Source: Bryobacterales bacterium (GTDB lineage: Bacteria; Acidobacteriota; Terriglobia; Bryobacterales; Bryobacteraceae). Taken from it: a DNA stretch of 33,398 nucleotides. Location of the stretch: contig JAEHDI010000533.1 of assembly GCA_016880505.1 (NCBI GenBank), forward strand, positions 1 through 33,398. Direction: 5' to 3'. The notes beneath the pieces are model-generated. The model was given only the letters and a program-made list of their open reading frames with translations. It was not told where the DNA came from and made no database searches. How positions within the stretch are numbered: the first letter of the stretch is position 1; each line of letters opens with the position of its first letter. This document shows positions 8,633 through 19,231 of this stretch, piece by piece. Made by a program: the position numbers and the translations under genes.

Positions 8633-9196
8633 ATGTGGCGCACGGCGACCGCGCTTGCGTTGTTCGTCATCACCCTCCCGGCCGTGACCGGTGGGGATTA
8701 TCGGAGCGCGAAGCGCAAGATCGACCAGATCCAGACTGACCGGGCGCCGTCCGGAACGCGGATCACGTTGACTGCAAATGAGTTGAACGCCTGGGTTCGA
8801 GCCGAAGTACCGCCTTCGGTCCGGGGGGCCATGCGGAGTCCGACGCTTGAACTGGGCTATGGTTCCGCAACCGGCTCTGCCTGGATCGACTTCGTGAAGT
8901 TGCGGACGGCGCAGGGTTCGCCGCCGGGCTGGCTCCTCCGGACGCTGCTTGACGGCGAGCACCCCGTTCGGGTCATGGCCCACGTCCGTTCCGGTGCGGG
9001 ACGAGCGGTCGTTGATGTTCAGGACGTCGAGATTTCGGGCTTCGAAATCAGTGGAAGGGCGCTTGACTACATGGTCCGGAATTTTCTGCTCCCGCGCTAC
9101 CCGAATGCAAAGATCGGTGAACCTTTCGAGATGGGGCACCGTATTGAGCGGCTGGACATCGCCCCGGCTGGCGTCGGAGTGGTTATCGGGAAGTAG
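8633..9196 (+). CDS. Hypothetical secreted or membrane-anchored protein
   Basis: 187 aa. N-terminal hydrophobic signal or anchor (MWRTATALALFVITLPAVTG). The composition is protein-like. I recognise no catalytic motif. There is a vague resemblance to DUF2993/LmeA-type proteins (LTANELNAWV), which I cannot verify. Confidence 0.6.
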   Translation: MWRTATALALFVITLPAVTGGDYRSAKRKIDQIQTDRAPSGTRITLTANELNAWVRAEVPPSVRGAMRSPTLELGYGSATGSAWIDFVKLRTAQGSPPGWLLRTLLDGEHPVRVMAHVRSGAGRAVVDVQDVEISGFEISGRALDYMVRNFLLPRYPNAKIGEPFEMGHRIERLDIAPAGVGVVIGK

Positions 9197-10556
9197 CGAT
9201 CCTTTCCGCTACCTGCTTTCCCATTCGCACACAGTCAGGAACCCCGATGCCGTAGTATGCGTTGCCGACGAGATGCACCCCGGGCGTGCCGGAGAGGCGG
9301 GCTTCGATTTCCTCCACTCGTTTCTGATGACCCACGGTATACTGCGCCATCGAGCGGGGCCATCGGGCCACTCGCCAGAACATTGGTTGGGAGTGCACTC
9401 CCAGGATCTCGCGCAACTCCTCGCGCACAGTTTCCACCAGCGCGTCGTCGCCCTCCTGAAGGGACGCGTTGCTGTCGCCGCCGAGGAAACACCTTAGCAC
9501 AACCTTATCTTCGGGCACGCGATGGGCAAATTTCGTTCCGACCCATGTGCCTGCCATGACGCGCTTCCGCTCGCGCTTCGGCACCAGGAATCCGAAACCG
9601 TTCAGGCGGCAGTCGAACGTACTTTTCGCGTACCCCAGGGAGATGGTGATCGACGAGTTATAGGGAATTGCCGCAAGTAGATCCGCCAGCGGATTGTCGA
9701 GCGGCCGGATCACCTCGCCGGCTTCATGCGCCTGGCAAGCAAGAATGACGTGTCTGGCGTCCAGGGAGCCGTCGGAAAGCACGACGCGGTAGCCGTCGGC
9801 ATGCCGCTCCACAGCGAGCGCATCGGCCTCGATCACATTGATTGAATGCCCTGCCGCCGAAACCAGAGTGTTGATCAGCTTGCCCAACCCGCCGCGCAGC
9901 GTCTGAAACAAAGGAGGATTTCCCTCCTTCCGCCGCATCTTGCGCCGTTCCGCCAGCACCCCTCGCGACAGACTTCCGTACTTTTCCTCGAGTTCTACGA
10001 AACGGTTCAGTACGCTCGCTACGCTTAACTTCTCGGGATCGCCGCCGTAGACTCCGGCCAGTAACGGTTCGGCCAGATAGTCGACCGCTTCCTCGCCGTA
10101 GTGGTCTCGGATGAAATCCGCGACCGACCTGTCTTCGGACGGCGCGTTTCCCGGTCGCCGGAACACCTCCCAGCCCATGCGGAACTTCGTAGGCCAGCCG
10201 AGGAGCCGTGTCGAGACCATCGGCAAGATGCGAGTCGGCACCATCAGCATGAGCCCGTCGGGCATCGGGAGAAGCTTCCCGTCCTTAACCACATAGGTGA
10301 CGCGCAACTCGTCGTTCGAGCCAATCACTTCGCCGGCAAGACCCAGTTCGCGAATGAGCTCAAGCGCCCATGGCTTGGCGGCGAGAAAACTGTCGGGGCC
10401 CGCTTCGAGCAGGCAACCGTGCGCTGAATCCGTTCGGACCACTCCGCCGAGGTACGGACGCCGTTCCACAATCGTGGAGGGTATGCCGGCCTTAGAGAGG
10501 TGATACGCGGTGGACAATCCCGAGACGCCCCCGCCGATGATTACTACGGCCCGCAT
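9183..10556 (-). CDS. hemY: Protoporphyrinogen/coproporphyrinogen III oxidase, FAD-dependent (HemY/CgoX type)
   Basis: 457 aa from the ATG at 10556 (MRAVVIIGGGVSGLSTAYHL dinucleotide-binding motif). It is HemY-like throughout. The start lies 1 nt after the hemH stop. The 45-codon upstream extension in the track overlaps hemH. Confidence 0.85.
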   Translation of the reverse strand: MRAVVIIGGGVSGLSTAYHLSKAGIPSTIVERRPYLGGVVRTDSAHGCLLEAGPDSFLAAKPWALELIRELGLAGEVIGSNDELRVTYVVKDGKLLPMPDGLMLMVPTRILPMVSTRLLGWPTKFRMGWEVFRRPGNAPSEDRSVADFIRDHYGEEAVDYLAEPLLAGVYGGDPEKLSVASVLNRFVELEEKYGSLSRGVLAERRKMRRKEGNPPLFQTLRGGLGKLINTLVSAAGHSINVIEADALAVERHADGYRVVLSDGSLDARHVILACQAHEAGEVIRPLDNPLADLLAAIPYNSSITISLGYAKSTFDCRLNGFGFLVPKRERKRVMAGTWVGTKFAHRVPEDKVVLRCFLGGDSNASLQEGDDALVETVREELREILGVHSQPMFWRVARWPRSMAQYTVGHQKRVEEIEARLSGTPGVHLVGNAYYGIGVPDCVRMGKQVAERIATSR

Positions 10557-10557
10557 C

Positions 10558-11454
10558 TCAGGGCGTGAGGAGTCTCTCCCTGGCCACGGCAGCCAGTGTG
10601 GCGATGAATTTAGTTGAGGCGTTGAGGGACTCGGTTCGTTGGAGCCGGACGCCGCGCTCTGTCGCGTAGCTCCGGAAGAGGACGTCGACATCGTATAGGA
10701 TCTCTACATGATCGCAAACGAAACCGATCGGTGCGAGTACGACATCCCGGATGCCGTCCCGGGCGTACTGGTCGATTCGAGACTCCACGGTCGGGCCGAG
10801 CCAGCTCTCCTCGGTCATACCCTGGCTCTGATAGGCGAAGTCCCAGTCCGCCAACCCGCAGCGTTCAGCTACCGCTTTCGCCGTGGCTCTCGCCTCGGTG
10901 TCGTAAGGATCGCCCTTTTCGAGGATTCGCTCCGGCAGCGAGTGTGCGGTGAAGAGAACCGTCGGGCAGGGGAGCAACGGCTTGAGCCGCTCTGCAAACG
11001 CCTCCACAAGAAGCGGATGTGAATGGAAGCTCTTCGTCCAGGCGATCTCCGCGCGAACTCCCAGTTCCTGCTTTGCCTCCTGCGTCCTCCGGAAATACAG
11101 CCCGACGCTCATGCGTGAATACTGTGGAGCCAGGCAGATGGCGACGATGCGGTCCACGCCGTCCGTCCTGATCTCTACCAGGGCTTCCCGGATGAACGGG
11201 CGCCAGTTGCGCATCCCCAGGTAAACCTTGACCGGACAGCCTTCCTCCGCGAGCTTGCGATCGAGCGCCTCTGCCTGCTCTCGCGTGCGGGCCAGCAGCG
11301 GTGAACTCCCCCCGATCAGAGCGTATCGCTGCCGGATTTCCTCGACGATGTGCGCTGCGAGCGCCCTTCCGCCCCGGACCAGACTGAGGTACGGTTCGAT
11401 GTCTTCCAGCCGTTCGGGCGCGCCGTGTGCCAGGAGCAGAACGGCCTGCTTCAT
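10558..11454 (-). CDS. hemH: Ferrochelatase, short soluble type (possibly coproporphyrin ferrochelatase CpfC)
   Basis: 298 aa. MKQAVLLLAHGAPERLEDIEPYL plus ferrochelatase-like core. There is no C-terminal Fe-S or membrane extension. The start overlaps the hemE stop (ATGA). Confidence 0.85.
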   Translation of the reverse strand: MKQAVLLLAHGAPERLEDIEPYLSLVRGGRALAAHIVEEIRQRYALIGGSSPLLARTREQAEALDRKLAEEGCPVKVYLGMRNWRPFIREALVEIRTDGVDRIVAICLAPQYSRMSVGLYFRRTQEAKQELGVRAEIAWTKSFHSHPLLVEAFAERLKPLLPCPTVLFTAHSLPERILEKGDPYDTEARATAKAVAERCGLADWDFAYQSQGMTEESWLGPTVESRIDQYARDGIRDVVLAPIGFVCDHVEILYDVDVLFRSYATERGVRLQRTESLNASTKFIATLAAVARERLLTP

Positions 11455-12473
11455 GGGCGGAATTCGCGAACCATCTGCACGACAGCCTTGACGTTGTCTA
11501 CTGGCGTCTCAGGCAGAATGCCATGACCGAGGTTAAAGATGTGTCCTGGGCGGGTCCCGGTGCGTTTCAGCAGTTCGTGGACCTTTGCCTTGAGTTCGGG
11601 CAGAGGTGCGAACAGCGCCGCCGGGTCGAGGTTGCCCTGAATCGCCGAGCGGTAACTGATGTCCATCCACGCCTGGTCGATGTTGATGCGCCAGTCGACG
11701 CCCATCACGTCGCCGCCTGCCGCGTGCAATTCGCGGAAAAAGCCCGCCGCGCCCGTCCCGAAATGAATCACCGGAACGCCGCTGGAGCGAATGCGCTCGA
11801 TCAGCGCCCGGGAATAGGGCGCCACAAAGCGCACATAGTCGTCCGGACCAAGCGCGCCGACCCAACTGTCGAAAACCTGGATGGATCGCGCGCCGGACGC
11901 CACTTGCATGAGGGCGAACGGCCCAAGCACGTCCACCAGTTTTCCCATCAGCCGCCGCCATAGCGTCTCATTGGAGTACATCATCTGCTTAGTGCGCAGA
12001 AAAGTCCGCGAGGCGCCGCCTTCGATCGTGTAGCTGGCGAGCGTGAATGGCGCGCCGACGAAGCCGACCACCGGCACCTTGCCACCTAGCGACTTGACGA
12101 CAGTCTGGATTGCTTCGCCGACGTAGCCGAGTTCGTCGGTATTGGAGATGGAGAGCGTATCCACGTCCTGCGAGGTCCGGACAGGGTTTTCGATTACCGG
12201 CCCCTCACCCGCCGCAAACCGCAGCTTCATCCCCATGGGCTCAACCGGCAGAAGCAGATCGGCAAAAATTATAGCGGCGTCGACGTCAAGAATCTCAACC
12301 GGCTGAAGAGTGACGGTCGCTGCAAGGTCCGGTCTCTTGCAGATATCCAGGATCCCGTGTTTCGCTCGGATATCCCGGTATTGTTTCATGTATCGACCTG
12401 CTTGCCGCATGAACCACACCGGGCGCACGTCCGTCGGCCGGCGGCGGCAAGCATCGAGAAAGCGGCTGTTCAT
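11451..12473 (-). CDS. hemE: Uroporphyrinogen decarboxylase
   Basis: 340 aa from the ATG at 12473. Signature PVWFMRQAGRYMKQYR near the N-terminus. The start overlaps the apbE stop in an ATGA junction, which supports this start over the 12512 ORF start. Confidence 0.9.
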   Translation of the reverse strand: MNSRFLDACRRRPTDVRPVWFMRQAGRYMKQYRDIRAKHGILDICKRPDLAATVTLQPVEILDVDAAIIFADLLLPVEPMGMKLRFAAGEGPVIENPVRTSQDVDTLSISNTDELGYVGEAIQTVVKSLGGKVPVVGFVGAPFTLASYTIEGGASRTFLRTKQMMYSNETLWRRLMGKLVDVLGPFALMQVASGARSIQVFDSWVGALGPDDYVRFVAPYSRALIERIRSSGVPVIHFGTGAAGFFRELHAAGGDVMGVDWRINIDQAWMDISYRSAIQGNLDPAALFAPLPELKAKVHELLKRTGTRPGHIFNLGHGILPETPVDNVKAVVQMVREFRP

Positions 12474-13435
12474 TGAAGCCACGCGCATGCCAGTTCCGAT
12501 CTGTCTTCGCATGTGAACGCGCGAAGTCCCTGAGGTTTGTGTTTAGCCGCCCATCCGCGGCCGAGAATGAAGAATGGTTTCGTCCAGGCCTCGCTATCGA
12601 GCGCCTTTTTCGCGATGACCGAGACAGACAGCATTCCCGGTGCGGGGTATCCGCTCCGGGGATCCATGATGTGGCTGTAAACCTTGCCCTCCGCCTCGAA
12701 GAACTTCTCATAGTCTCCCGACGTGGACATGGACTCGTCTTTGAGGTAGACCTCTTCAATCGTTTCGTTCCATTCACGGGGGTGACGGATCTTCACCTTC
12801 CAGCCCTTGTCGCCGGGTGGCGTCCCGATGCCATAAATCGTGCTTCCGCCGGCGGACACGAGTGCCGAGGTGATCTTGAACTCCCTGATGCGGGCGACCA
12901 TACGGTCCACGGCATAGCCTTTGCCTATCCCGCCCGGATCCAGGTCGACACCGCGGCGCAGAAAGTGGACCGTCCGGTTCTCCCGGTCGAGTTCGATGTT
13001 TCTGTACCCCACTGCGGGGAGCACCGCTGCGATTTCCTCCTTCATTGGCAGCCGCCCTGTGCCCTTATAGAAGCCCCAAACCCGCATCAGGGGACCGACG
13101 CTGACGTCGAACGCCCCCTCGCTCGCGCGGCTATAGGAAAGGCACGCCTCCAGCAACTCGAACAACTCCGGACTCACCCGGACCGGCCGTTCGGCGGCGC
13201 TCCGGTTCACCTCACTCCATTCACTTTGAGGGCGGTAGTTGGACAGCATCCGGTCCAACCTTCGCACTTCGTCAAACGCCGCCTGAGACGCGGACTGTAA
13301 CTGCTCCTGGTCATCGCCGTACAGAACCACCGTGTAGGTGGCTCCCATCGCATCGGCGGTGTCCTCGAGCCGAAGTAACTCCTCCCCGCAAAGAAGCGCG
13401 GGAAACAATAACAAAAGTACCACAAAATGTTTCAT
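12470..13435 (-). CDS. apbE: FAD:protein FMN transferase (ApbE family), exported
   Basis: 321 aa. Signal peptide MKHFVVLLLLFPALLCG. ApbE motifs DPGGIGKGYAVD, SAGGS, TSGDYEKF and HIMDPRSG. Confidence 0.85.
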   Translation of the reverse strand: MKHFVVLLLLFPALLCGEELLRLEDTADAMGATYTVVLYGDDQEQLQSASQAAFDEVRRLDRMLSNYRPQSEWSEVNRSAAERPVRVSPELFELLEACLSYSRASEGAFDVSVGPLMRVWGFYKGTGRLPMKEEIAAVLPAVGYRNIELDRENRTVHFLRRGVDLDPGGIGKGYAVDRMVARIREFKITSALVSAGGSTIYGIGTPPGDKGWKVKIRHPREWNETIEEVYLKDESMSTSGDYEKFFEAEGKVYSHIMDPRSGYPAPGMLSVSVIAKKALDSEAWTKPFFILGRGWAAKHKPQGLRAFTCEDRSELACAWLQ

Positions 13436-13437
13436 TT

Positions 13438-13818
13438 TTATGGTTCTTTTTCGTCCGAAACCTCCGGTTGCGGGCGGCCTTTCCTCGTTCGCCTGAGCAG
13501 CTTCTCCAGGCGCCGGCTGTCCGACACAAAGGCATCCGCCTCGAAATGAAGATCCGGGACGCGGAACAGCCGGAGCCGCGTGGCAAGCTTCCGGCGCAGG
13601 AACCCCCGGGCGCCGTCCAGTGCCGTCATCGCTTGCTGGCGTGCCTGCTCCCCGCCTCCGAGATGGACCCGAATCTGGGCGCGGCGCATGTCTGGGGTGA
13701 TGAGGACCTCGGTGATATCGATACCGCCTAATCGCGGATCTGCCATCTCGTAGCCGATGATCTCAGCCAATTCTTCACGGATTGCCTCGGAAACGCGCTG
13801 CGTGCGATGCTCGTCCAT
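13438..13818 (-). CDS. rbfA: Ribosome-binding factor A
   Basis: 126 aa. MDEHRTQRVSEAIREELAEII ... ITEVLITPDMRRAQIRV is typical of RbfA. Position downstream of infB. Confidence 0.9.
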   Translation of the reverse strand: MDEHRTQRVSEAIREELAEIIGYEMADPRLGGIDITEVLITPDMRRAQIRVHLGGGEQARQQAMTALDGARGFLRRKLATRLRLFRVPDLHFEADAFVSDSRRLEKLLRRTRKGRPQPEVSDEKEP

Positions 13819-13824
13819 GCTGCT

Positions 13825-14112
13825 TCACTCCAGCCACTCGACCGTCGCACCCACCAGAGCGGCCCCGAGCAGAGACGACGCCTCCCGCTCGACCGATTGC
13901 AGCACCCGCTCTGCATGCGTGTGCTCGCCCGAGACGGTGACCGCAGCCACAACCGCCCTCTGCCACAGGTCCTGGCAATCGATTTCGGCGACCGCAACGT
14001 TGAACTTGTGCCGGAGGCGGTCCTTCAACCCCTGCACTACATGACGCTTGTCTTTCAGGGAATGGGCGTGTTCAAGCCTCATCTCGAGGGTGAGAACGCC
14101 GATCGTCGCCAT
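13825..14112 (-). CDS. DUF503 family protein (YlxP-like)
   Basis: 95 aa. LEMRLEHAHSLKDKRHVVQGLKDRLRHKFNVAVAE matches the DUF503 pattern. It sits in the conserved position between infB and rbfA, as in the B. subtilis ylxP arrangement. Confidence 0.8.
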   Translation of the reverse strand: MATIGVLTLEMRLEHAHSLKDKRHVVQGLKDRLRHKFNVAVAEIDCQDLWQRAVVAAVTVSGEHTHAERVLQSVEREASSLLGAALVGATVEWLE

Positions 14113-14169
14113 ATTGGGCGCCCGGAGTGGGAACCATGGTGATACGACCCACCCGTCCCAGTCCCCGGT

Positions 14170-17043
14170 CTATACCAATGCTTCTGCTGCCACTTGCTCG
14201 GTCACGAAGGCTTCAATTACGTCGCCAGGCTTGACGTCACCAAAGTTTTCAAGCGACACGCCGCACTCCATCCCGGACTTTACCTCGCTGACGTCGTTCT
14301 TGAATCGTCGCAGGGAACCGACCCGTCCGGTGTGAACGACCACATTGTCGCGAAGCACCCGGACCTCGCTGTCCCGAGTGACCGTCCCGTCGATAACCTG
14401 ACAGCCGGCCACAATACCGACCTTCGTAATGCGGAAGACTTCCTTGACCTCGGCGCGCCCCCGGAAGACCTCGCGGTAGACGGGCTCCAGCATGCCTGTC
14501 ATGGCCCTCTTCATCTCGTCTACAAGGTCGTAAATGATGGTGTGAAGCCGTATGTCGACTTTTTCGTTTTCAGCCACCTGTGCGGCGTTTCGCTCCGGCC
14601 GGACATTGAAGCCGATAATAACGGCGTTCGAGGCGGAGGCCAGCAGCACGTCAGTTTCGGTGATCGCGCCAACGCTGGCATGCAACACCCGGACTCGAAC
14701 TTTGTCGTTGGAGAGCTTTTGCAGCGTGTCGCTGAGGACCTCTGCGGTGCCACCGACATCTGTCTTCAGAATGATCGGAAGCTCCTTGACCTCACCCGCC
14801 CTGATCTGCTCGTGGAGCTGGTCGAGGGTGACACGGCTGGACCGTGCCATCGCCTGTTCGCGGGCTTTTGCCTCCCGGTAGATTACAATCTGTTTGGCCT
14901 TGGCCGTGTCTGTGACCATCTGGAACGTGTCGCCGACCTCGGGCAGGGACTCGAGGCCGATCACCTCCACCGGCATCGAGGGCCCCGCTGACTTTACCGG
15001 CTCACCGCGGTCGTCGAACATCGCGCGGACTTTGCCGAATACCGACCCGCAAATGAAATAGTCGCCCACCGAAAGCGTGCCGTTTCGGACTAGCACGGTT
15101 GCCACCGGACCGCGTCCGCGATCCAGTTGCGCTTCCAGTACCGAACCCACGGCCGGCCGGGCAGGATTGGCCTTCAGATCCTGTATGTCGGCCACCAGAA
15201 GGATCATCTCCAGCAGCAAATCGAGGTTTTGCTTCGTCTTTGCCGACACTGGCACAACAACCGTCTCGCCACCCCACTCCTCGGGCAGGAGCCCACGGTC
15301 GGAGAGTTGTTGTTTGATTCTCTCGGGTTGCGCGTCCGGTCTGTCAATCTTGTTGATTGCGACGATGATCGGAACGCCGGCAGCCCGTGCATGGTCGATC
15401 GCCTCGAGAGTTTGCGGCATCACGCCGTCATCGGCGGCGACCACCAGCACAACGATGTCGGTTACCTTGGCGCCGCGGGCACGCATCCGCGTGAAAGCTT
15501 CATGGCCTGGAGTATCGATAAAAACGATCTTTCGGCCGTTCTTCTCGATGTGGTAAGCGCCGATGTGCTGGGTGATGCCTCCCGCCTCTCGTTCCGCCAC
15601 GTTGGTCAGCCGGATGGAATCCAGCAGCGACGTCTTGCCATGATCGACGTGCCCCATCACCGTGACCACCGGCGGCCGCTTCAGCAGATCCTGCTCCGCC
15701 TCGGCCTGCCCGACCTCTTGCACCGCCTCCTCTTCGTAGCTAAGCCGCGTTGAGGTCGCGCCGAACGCCTTCACGAGTTCCTCGGCCAGTTGCAGGTCCA
15801 GGGTTTGATTGATGGTCGCGAAGATCTTCCGCTCCACCAGTTTCTTGATCACCAGGTTTGCCTTCAGCCCAAGCTTTTCAGACAGCTCTTTTACGGTGAT
15901 GCCTTCGGCGACGGTGATCTGCCGGTTCAATGAAGGCAGAACGACCGGCACGTCGCGCCGCGACGGACGAAGTGTTCTTTCCTCGCGTTCGCGCTCCCGC
16001 TCCCGTTCCGCCGGAGTACGAGCACGGCGGTCGCCCGGGCGGCGCTGTTCTGTTGGTACGGGTGGCGGCGGTTCCAGCCGCGCTGAAGTCGGATGAAGAG
16101 GGCGGCCTCTGGCCACCCTGCCCGGGGCTCCCGGTGATGGCCTGGTCATCAGCGGCTGGCCCGGCCGGATGGGTCCCCGATAGATCGGCTGGCCCGGAAC
16201 CGGCGCTGTCGCAGGGCGACCCGGCCGCGGCTGTGGTTGTCCTGGAACCGCTTTGGTCTGGGTTTGAGTAAGCCGAGCTACCAAGTCGGGGCGCGGTGGC
16301 ACGACGGGACGCACCGCCGGCTGTCCTGCCAAAGTCGATTTCGCCTGGGACCGCGGCGCGTGAGTGACAGTGGCCGCTTGGGGCAGGGGTGCCTGTGGTG
16401 CGGCGGGGACCTCGACGGACGGAACAGATGATCTTACGATCTCTGGTTTTACGGGAAAAGGCTGCCGCGGCCCGGTCAAGATTTGTCCCGGACGGGGAGC
16501 CACCGGCAGCGGTTTCGCCGCCACGACTGCCGGCCGGCCGGGTCCGCTCGCTACCACCGGCGTTGGGGGCGCGGGGGGCGTCGGAATTGCATCCGGCGTG
16601 ACGGCAACCGGCTGAGCGGAATGGCCGCTGCCCGCGAGCGGCGGACGCAATCTTTGGGGCGCCGTTCTTGATGCGAACGGCGAATCTTTGGGAGGTCCGG
16701 CGTCCAGCGGCGGGACAGTGGTGGGCGCCAGGCTCTCGACAGGCGCAACCGTATTGGGTCGTATTTCCGCCGACGTATCCGTGCGAGCTATGATTTGCTC
16801 GATGGCCTCTTCGGACGGGCCGATTTCCGGCGCCGTCTCCCCTTCGGTAATCTCGGGCTCTGCCTCGACCGGTTCCTCTACGAGCAGGCCGAAGTACCTG
16901 CGCAACTTGTTGGCGATATCGTCCTCTAGTGAGCTGGAATGCGTCTTCTTCTCCGTGATCCCGAACTCAGGGAGCAGATCAAGCAGCTTGTTGGGCTTTA
17001 CCTCCAGCTCCCGCGCCAACTCGTTGATTCGGATCTTACTCAT
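14170..17043 (-). CDS. infB: Translation initiation factor IF-2
   Basis: 957 aa. N-terminal [15 protein letters not shown], a long Pro/Ala-rich low-complexity region with an ERERERE tract, the GTPase G-domain ([29 protein letters not shown]), and C-terminal IF-2 domains. Confidence 0.97.
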   Translation of the reverse strand: MSKIRINELARELEVKPNKLLDLLPEFGITEKKTHSSSLEDDIANKLRRYFGLLVEEPVEAEPEITEGETAPEIGPSEEAIEQIIARTDTSAEIRPNTVAPVESLAPTTVPPLDAGPPKDSPFASRTAPQRLRPPLAGSGHSAQPVAVTPDAIPTPPAPPTPVVASGPGRPAVVAAKPLPVAPRPGQILTGPRQPFPVKPEIVRSSVPSVEVPAAPQAPLPQAATVTHAPRSQAKSTLAGQPAVRPVVPPRPDLVARLTQTQTKAVPGQPQPRPGRPATAPVPGQPIYRGPIRPGQPLMTRPSPGAPGRVARGRPLHPTSARLEPPPPVPTEQRRPGDRRARTPAEREREREREERTLRPSRRDVPVVLPSLNRQITVAEGITVKELSEKLGLKANLVIKKLVERKIFATINQTLDLQLAEELVKAFGATSTRLSYEEEAVQEVGQAEAEQDLLKRPPVVTVMGHVDHGKTSLLDSIRLTNVAEREAGGITQHIGAYHIEKNGRKIVFIDTPGHEAFTRMRARGAKVTDIVVLVVAADDGVMPQTLEAIDHARAAGVPIIVAINKIDRPDAQPERIKQQLSDRGLLPEEWGGETVVVPVSAKTKQNLDLLLEMILLVADIQDLKANPARPAVGSVLEAQLDRGRGPVATVLVRNGTLSVGDYFICGSVFGKVRAMFDDRGEPVKSAGPSMPVEVIGLESLPEVGDTFQMVTDTAKAKQIVIYREAKAREQAMARSSRVTLDQLHEQIRAGEVKELPIILKTDVGGTAEVLSDTLQKLSNDKVRVRVLHASVGAITETDVLLASASNAVIIGFNVRPERNAAQVAENEKVDIRLHTIIYDLVDEMKRAMTGMLEPVYREVFRGRAEVKEVFRITKVGIVAGCQVIDGTVTRDSEVRVLRDNVVVHTGRVGSLRRFKNDVSEVKSGMECGVSLENFGDVKPGDVIEAFVTEQVAAEALV

Positions 17044-17153
17044 AAAACAAATTTCGCGGGCAGCCTCCGTTTACACAGAACCTGCCCATGGGAAAACCCC
17101 CTTCGCGGTACTCCGACAAGCCAACTGCAACCGGGCACACTACTAATGCAATC

Positions 17154-18710
17154 CTACTCCGCGTTCTTTATCGTATCAGATTCCCCGTCATTCGACCCAT
17201 TTTCCCGTTGTTTCGACTCATCTTCGGGTGCGGAAGCCCCGCTGTCAGCCGGTTCCCCCTCAGACACGGCTATTTCAGGCATCTGCGAATCCCCGTGCGT
17301 CGCAACTGCATTGGACTGTTCGCTCCCAGCGGGTATCGCTTCGGCCGCTGGCTCTGCTTGTTCCTCAGAGACTTCGCCGGGCGGCATCGATTCAATCGCC
17401 GCCGTCACCGCCGCAACAGCTTCCGGTGATCCCGCCATCGCCTCTTCGTATTGTCCGTAGTAGTTGTTGACGGCGACCTGGATCTTTTCCACCATCTTGG
17501 GCCCGATACCGGGAATCTCTTCGAGTTCCTCCGGCGTCATGGCCCCGAGCTTTTCGACGGTCGCCACCCCAGCCTCAAGCAACTTTTCAACGGTCTTCTC
17601 CGTGAGGCCCTGGTCGATGAGAACTGAGACCGGAGCGCCAGGGACCACCAGAGCCGCCATTTGCGACTCAACTTCCTGACGCTTCTCCTCTTCGCTCTTG
17701 ATGTCGATCCGCCAGCCCAGCAGTTTGGCGCACAGGCGGACGTTCTGGCCCTTCTTCCCGATGGCAAGTGATAACTGTGAATCGTCGACGATCACTTCCA
17801 TGTGTTTATCGCCGCCCTCGATCACCGTCACCCTCGAGATCTTTGCCGGGCTGAGGGCGTGAGTGGCGAATACCACCGGATCGTCGGAGTATTCGATGAT
17901 GTCGATTTTCTCGCCGCGCAGTTCGCGGATGATCGACTGCACTCGCATGCCCTTCATCCCGACGCAGGCCCCAACGCAATCGACGTCCCGGTCACGGCTC
18001 CAGACGGCGATCTTCGTGCGTTCACCCGCTTCCCGTGCGCAGCCCTTGATCACAACCGTGTTGTCGTAGATTTCCGGGACTTCCTGTTCGAAGAGCCGCA
18101 TCACCAACTCTGGCGCCGCCCGGGAGACAATCAGGCCGGCGTTCTTCCCTGCTTTTTCGACGCTCCGGATCACGCAGCGGAAGCGCTCTCCCACGCTGAA
18201 GCTCTCCAGCTTTGACTGTTCTTTCTTTGGTAAGCGAGCTTCGGTCTTACCGAGGTCGACTACAAGATCCAGTCCCTCAACCCGCTTCACCGTGCAATTG
18301 ACCAGTTCGCCGACCCGTCCTGAGTACTCCTGGTAGATCGTCTCGCGCTCCGCCTCCCGCACCTTTTGCAGGATGACCTGCTTGGCGGTCTGGGCGGAAA
18401 TCCGGCCCAGCAGGTCGGTCGGTTTGGGAACACGCACCTCCGTACCCAGTTCGGCGGCTGGATCAATCCGGCGCGCCTGCTCCACAGTGACTTCCTTTAC
18501 CGGATCCTCAACGTTTTCGACTACCTTGAAGACGGCGAAGATCTGAATGGACCCCGCTCGCTGATCGAAATCCGCAACGAGTTCCTCCTCGGTCCGGAAA
18601 TGCTTCCGTGCCGCAGCAAGCATCGCGTCTTTGACCGCGTCCAGCACGATTTGCGGATCGATGCCCTTCTCCTTGCTCAGAATCTCAATAGACTGGTAGA
18701 TCGTTCCCAA
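17154..18710 (-). CDS. nusA: Transcription termination/antitermination factor NusA with acidic C-terminal tail
   Basis: 518 aa. NusA N-terminal domain, S1 and KH domains ([27 protein letters not shown]), an HhH region ([17 protein letters not shown]), then an approximately 90-aa acidic or low-complexity tail. Confidence 0.95.
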   Translation of the reverse strand: MGTIYQSIEILSKEKGIDPQIVLDAVKDAMLAAARKHFRTEEELVADFDQRAGSIQIFAVFKVVENVEDPVKEVTVEQARRIDPAAELGTEVRVPKPTDLLGRISAQTAKQVILQKVREAERETIYQEYSGRVGELVNCTVKRVEGLDLVVDLGKTEARLPKKEQSKLESFSVGERFRCVIRSVEKAGKNAGLIVSRAAPELVMRLFEQEVPEIYDNTVVIKGCAREAGERTKIAVWSRDRDVDCVGACVGMKGMRVQSIIRELRGEKIDIIEYSDDPVVFATHALSPAKISRVTVIEGGDKHMEVIVDDSQLSLAIGKKGQNVRLCAKLLGWRIDIKSEEEKRQEVESQMAALVVPGAPVSVLIDQGLTEKTVEKLLEAGVATVEKLGAMTPEELEEIPGIGPKMVEKIQVAVNNYYGQYEEAMAGSPEAVAAVTAAIESMPPGEVSEEQAEPAAEAIPAGSEQSNAVATHGDSQMPEIAVSEGEPADSGASAPEDESKQRENGSNDGESDTIKNAE

Positions 18711-18745
18711 AACGAAACCTCTGCTTCTTCCTGAATGTCAGGAGA

Positions 18746-19210
18746 TTACCACTCGAACTTCAGATTCGCCCTCTGGACCTGCTGGAGGCCAATGCGGACC
18801 TGCTTCCCCGGGGCAGGCTCGATCGTGACAACGCCATCGGCGACGCCCGCCAATGTCCCCTCCCAAACCTTCCGGTTTTCTACCGGCTCACGAAGCACAA
18901 TCTTCGCCTTCTTGCCCTGGAACCGCTCAAAGTCTCTTGCGCCGGTAAGCTTCCGTTCCACCCCCGGCGAACTGACTTCCAGCGTATAACGCCCCCCGCG
19001 CACCACATCTTCGACGTCCAGTACGGCGCCGACCTGCTGCGAAATCGATTCGCAATCGGCATGCGTAACGCCGGATGGTTTGTCAATGAAGATCCTCAGC
19101 CTGCGGCCGTTGCCGGCCCCCGCCATCTCGACATCGACGATCTCGATCCCTTCCGAGTCTCCGACGCGCCGGGCGATCTCCCGGACCTTATCGATCACCG
19201 TTTCGTGCAT
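18746..19210 (-). CDS. rimP: Ribosome maturation factor RimP
   Basis: 154 aa from the ATG at 19210 (MHETVIDKVREIARRV...). RimP-like (RLRIFIDKPSGVTHADCESISQQV...LEVSSPGVERKL). The track ORF start at 19279 would translate through a terminator hairpin, so it is rejected. Confidence 0.85.
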   Translation of the reverse strand: MHETVIDKVREIARRVGDSEGIEIVDVEMAGAGNGRRLRIFIDKPSGVTHADCESISQQVGAVLDVEDVVRGGRYTLEVSSPGVERKLTGARDFERFQGKKAKIVLREPVENRKVWEGTLAGVADGVVTIEPAPGKQVRIGLQQVQRANLKFEW

Positions 19211-19231
19211 GTCTCGTGCTTCGTGTCCAAC

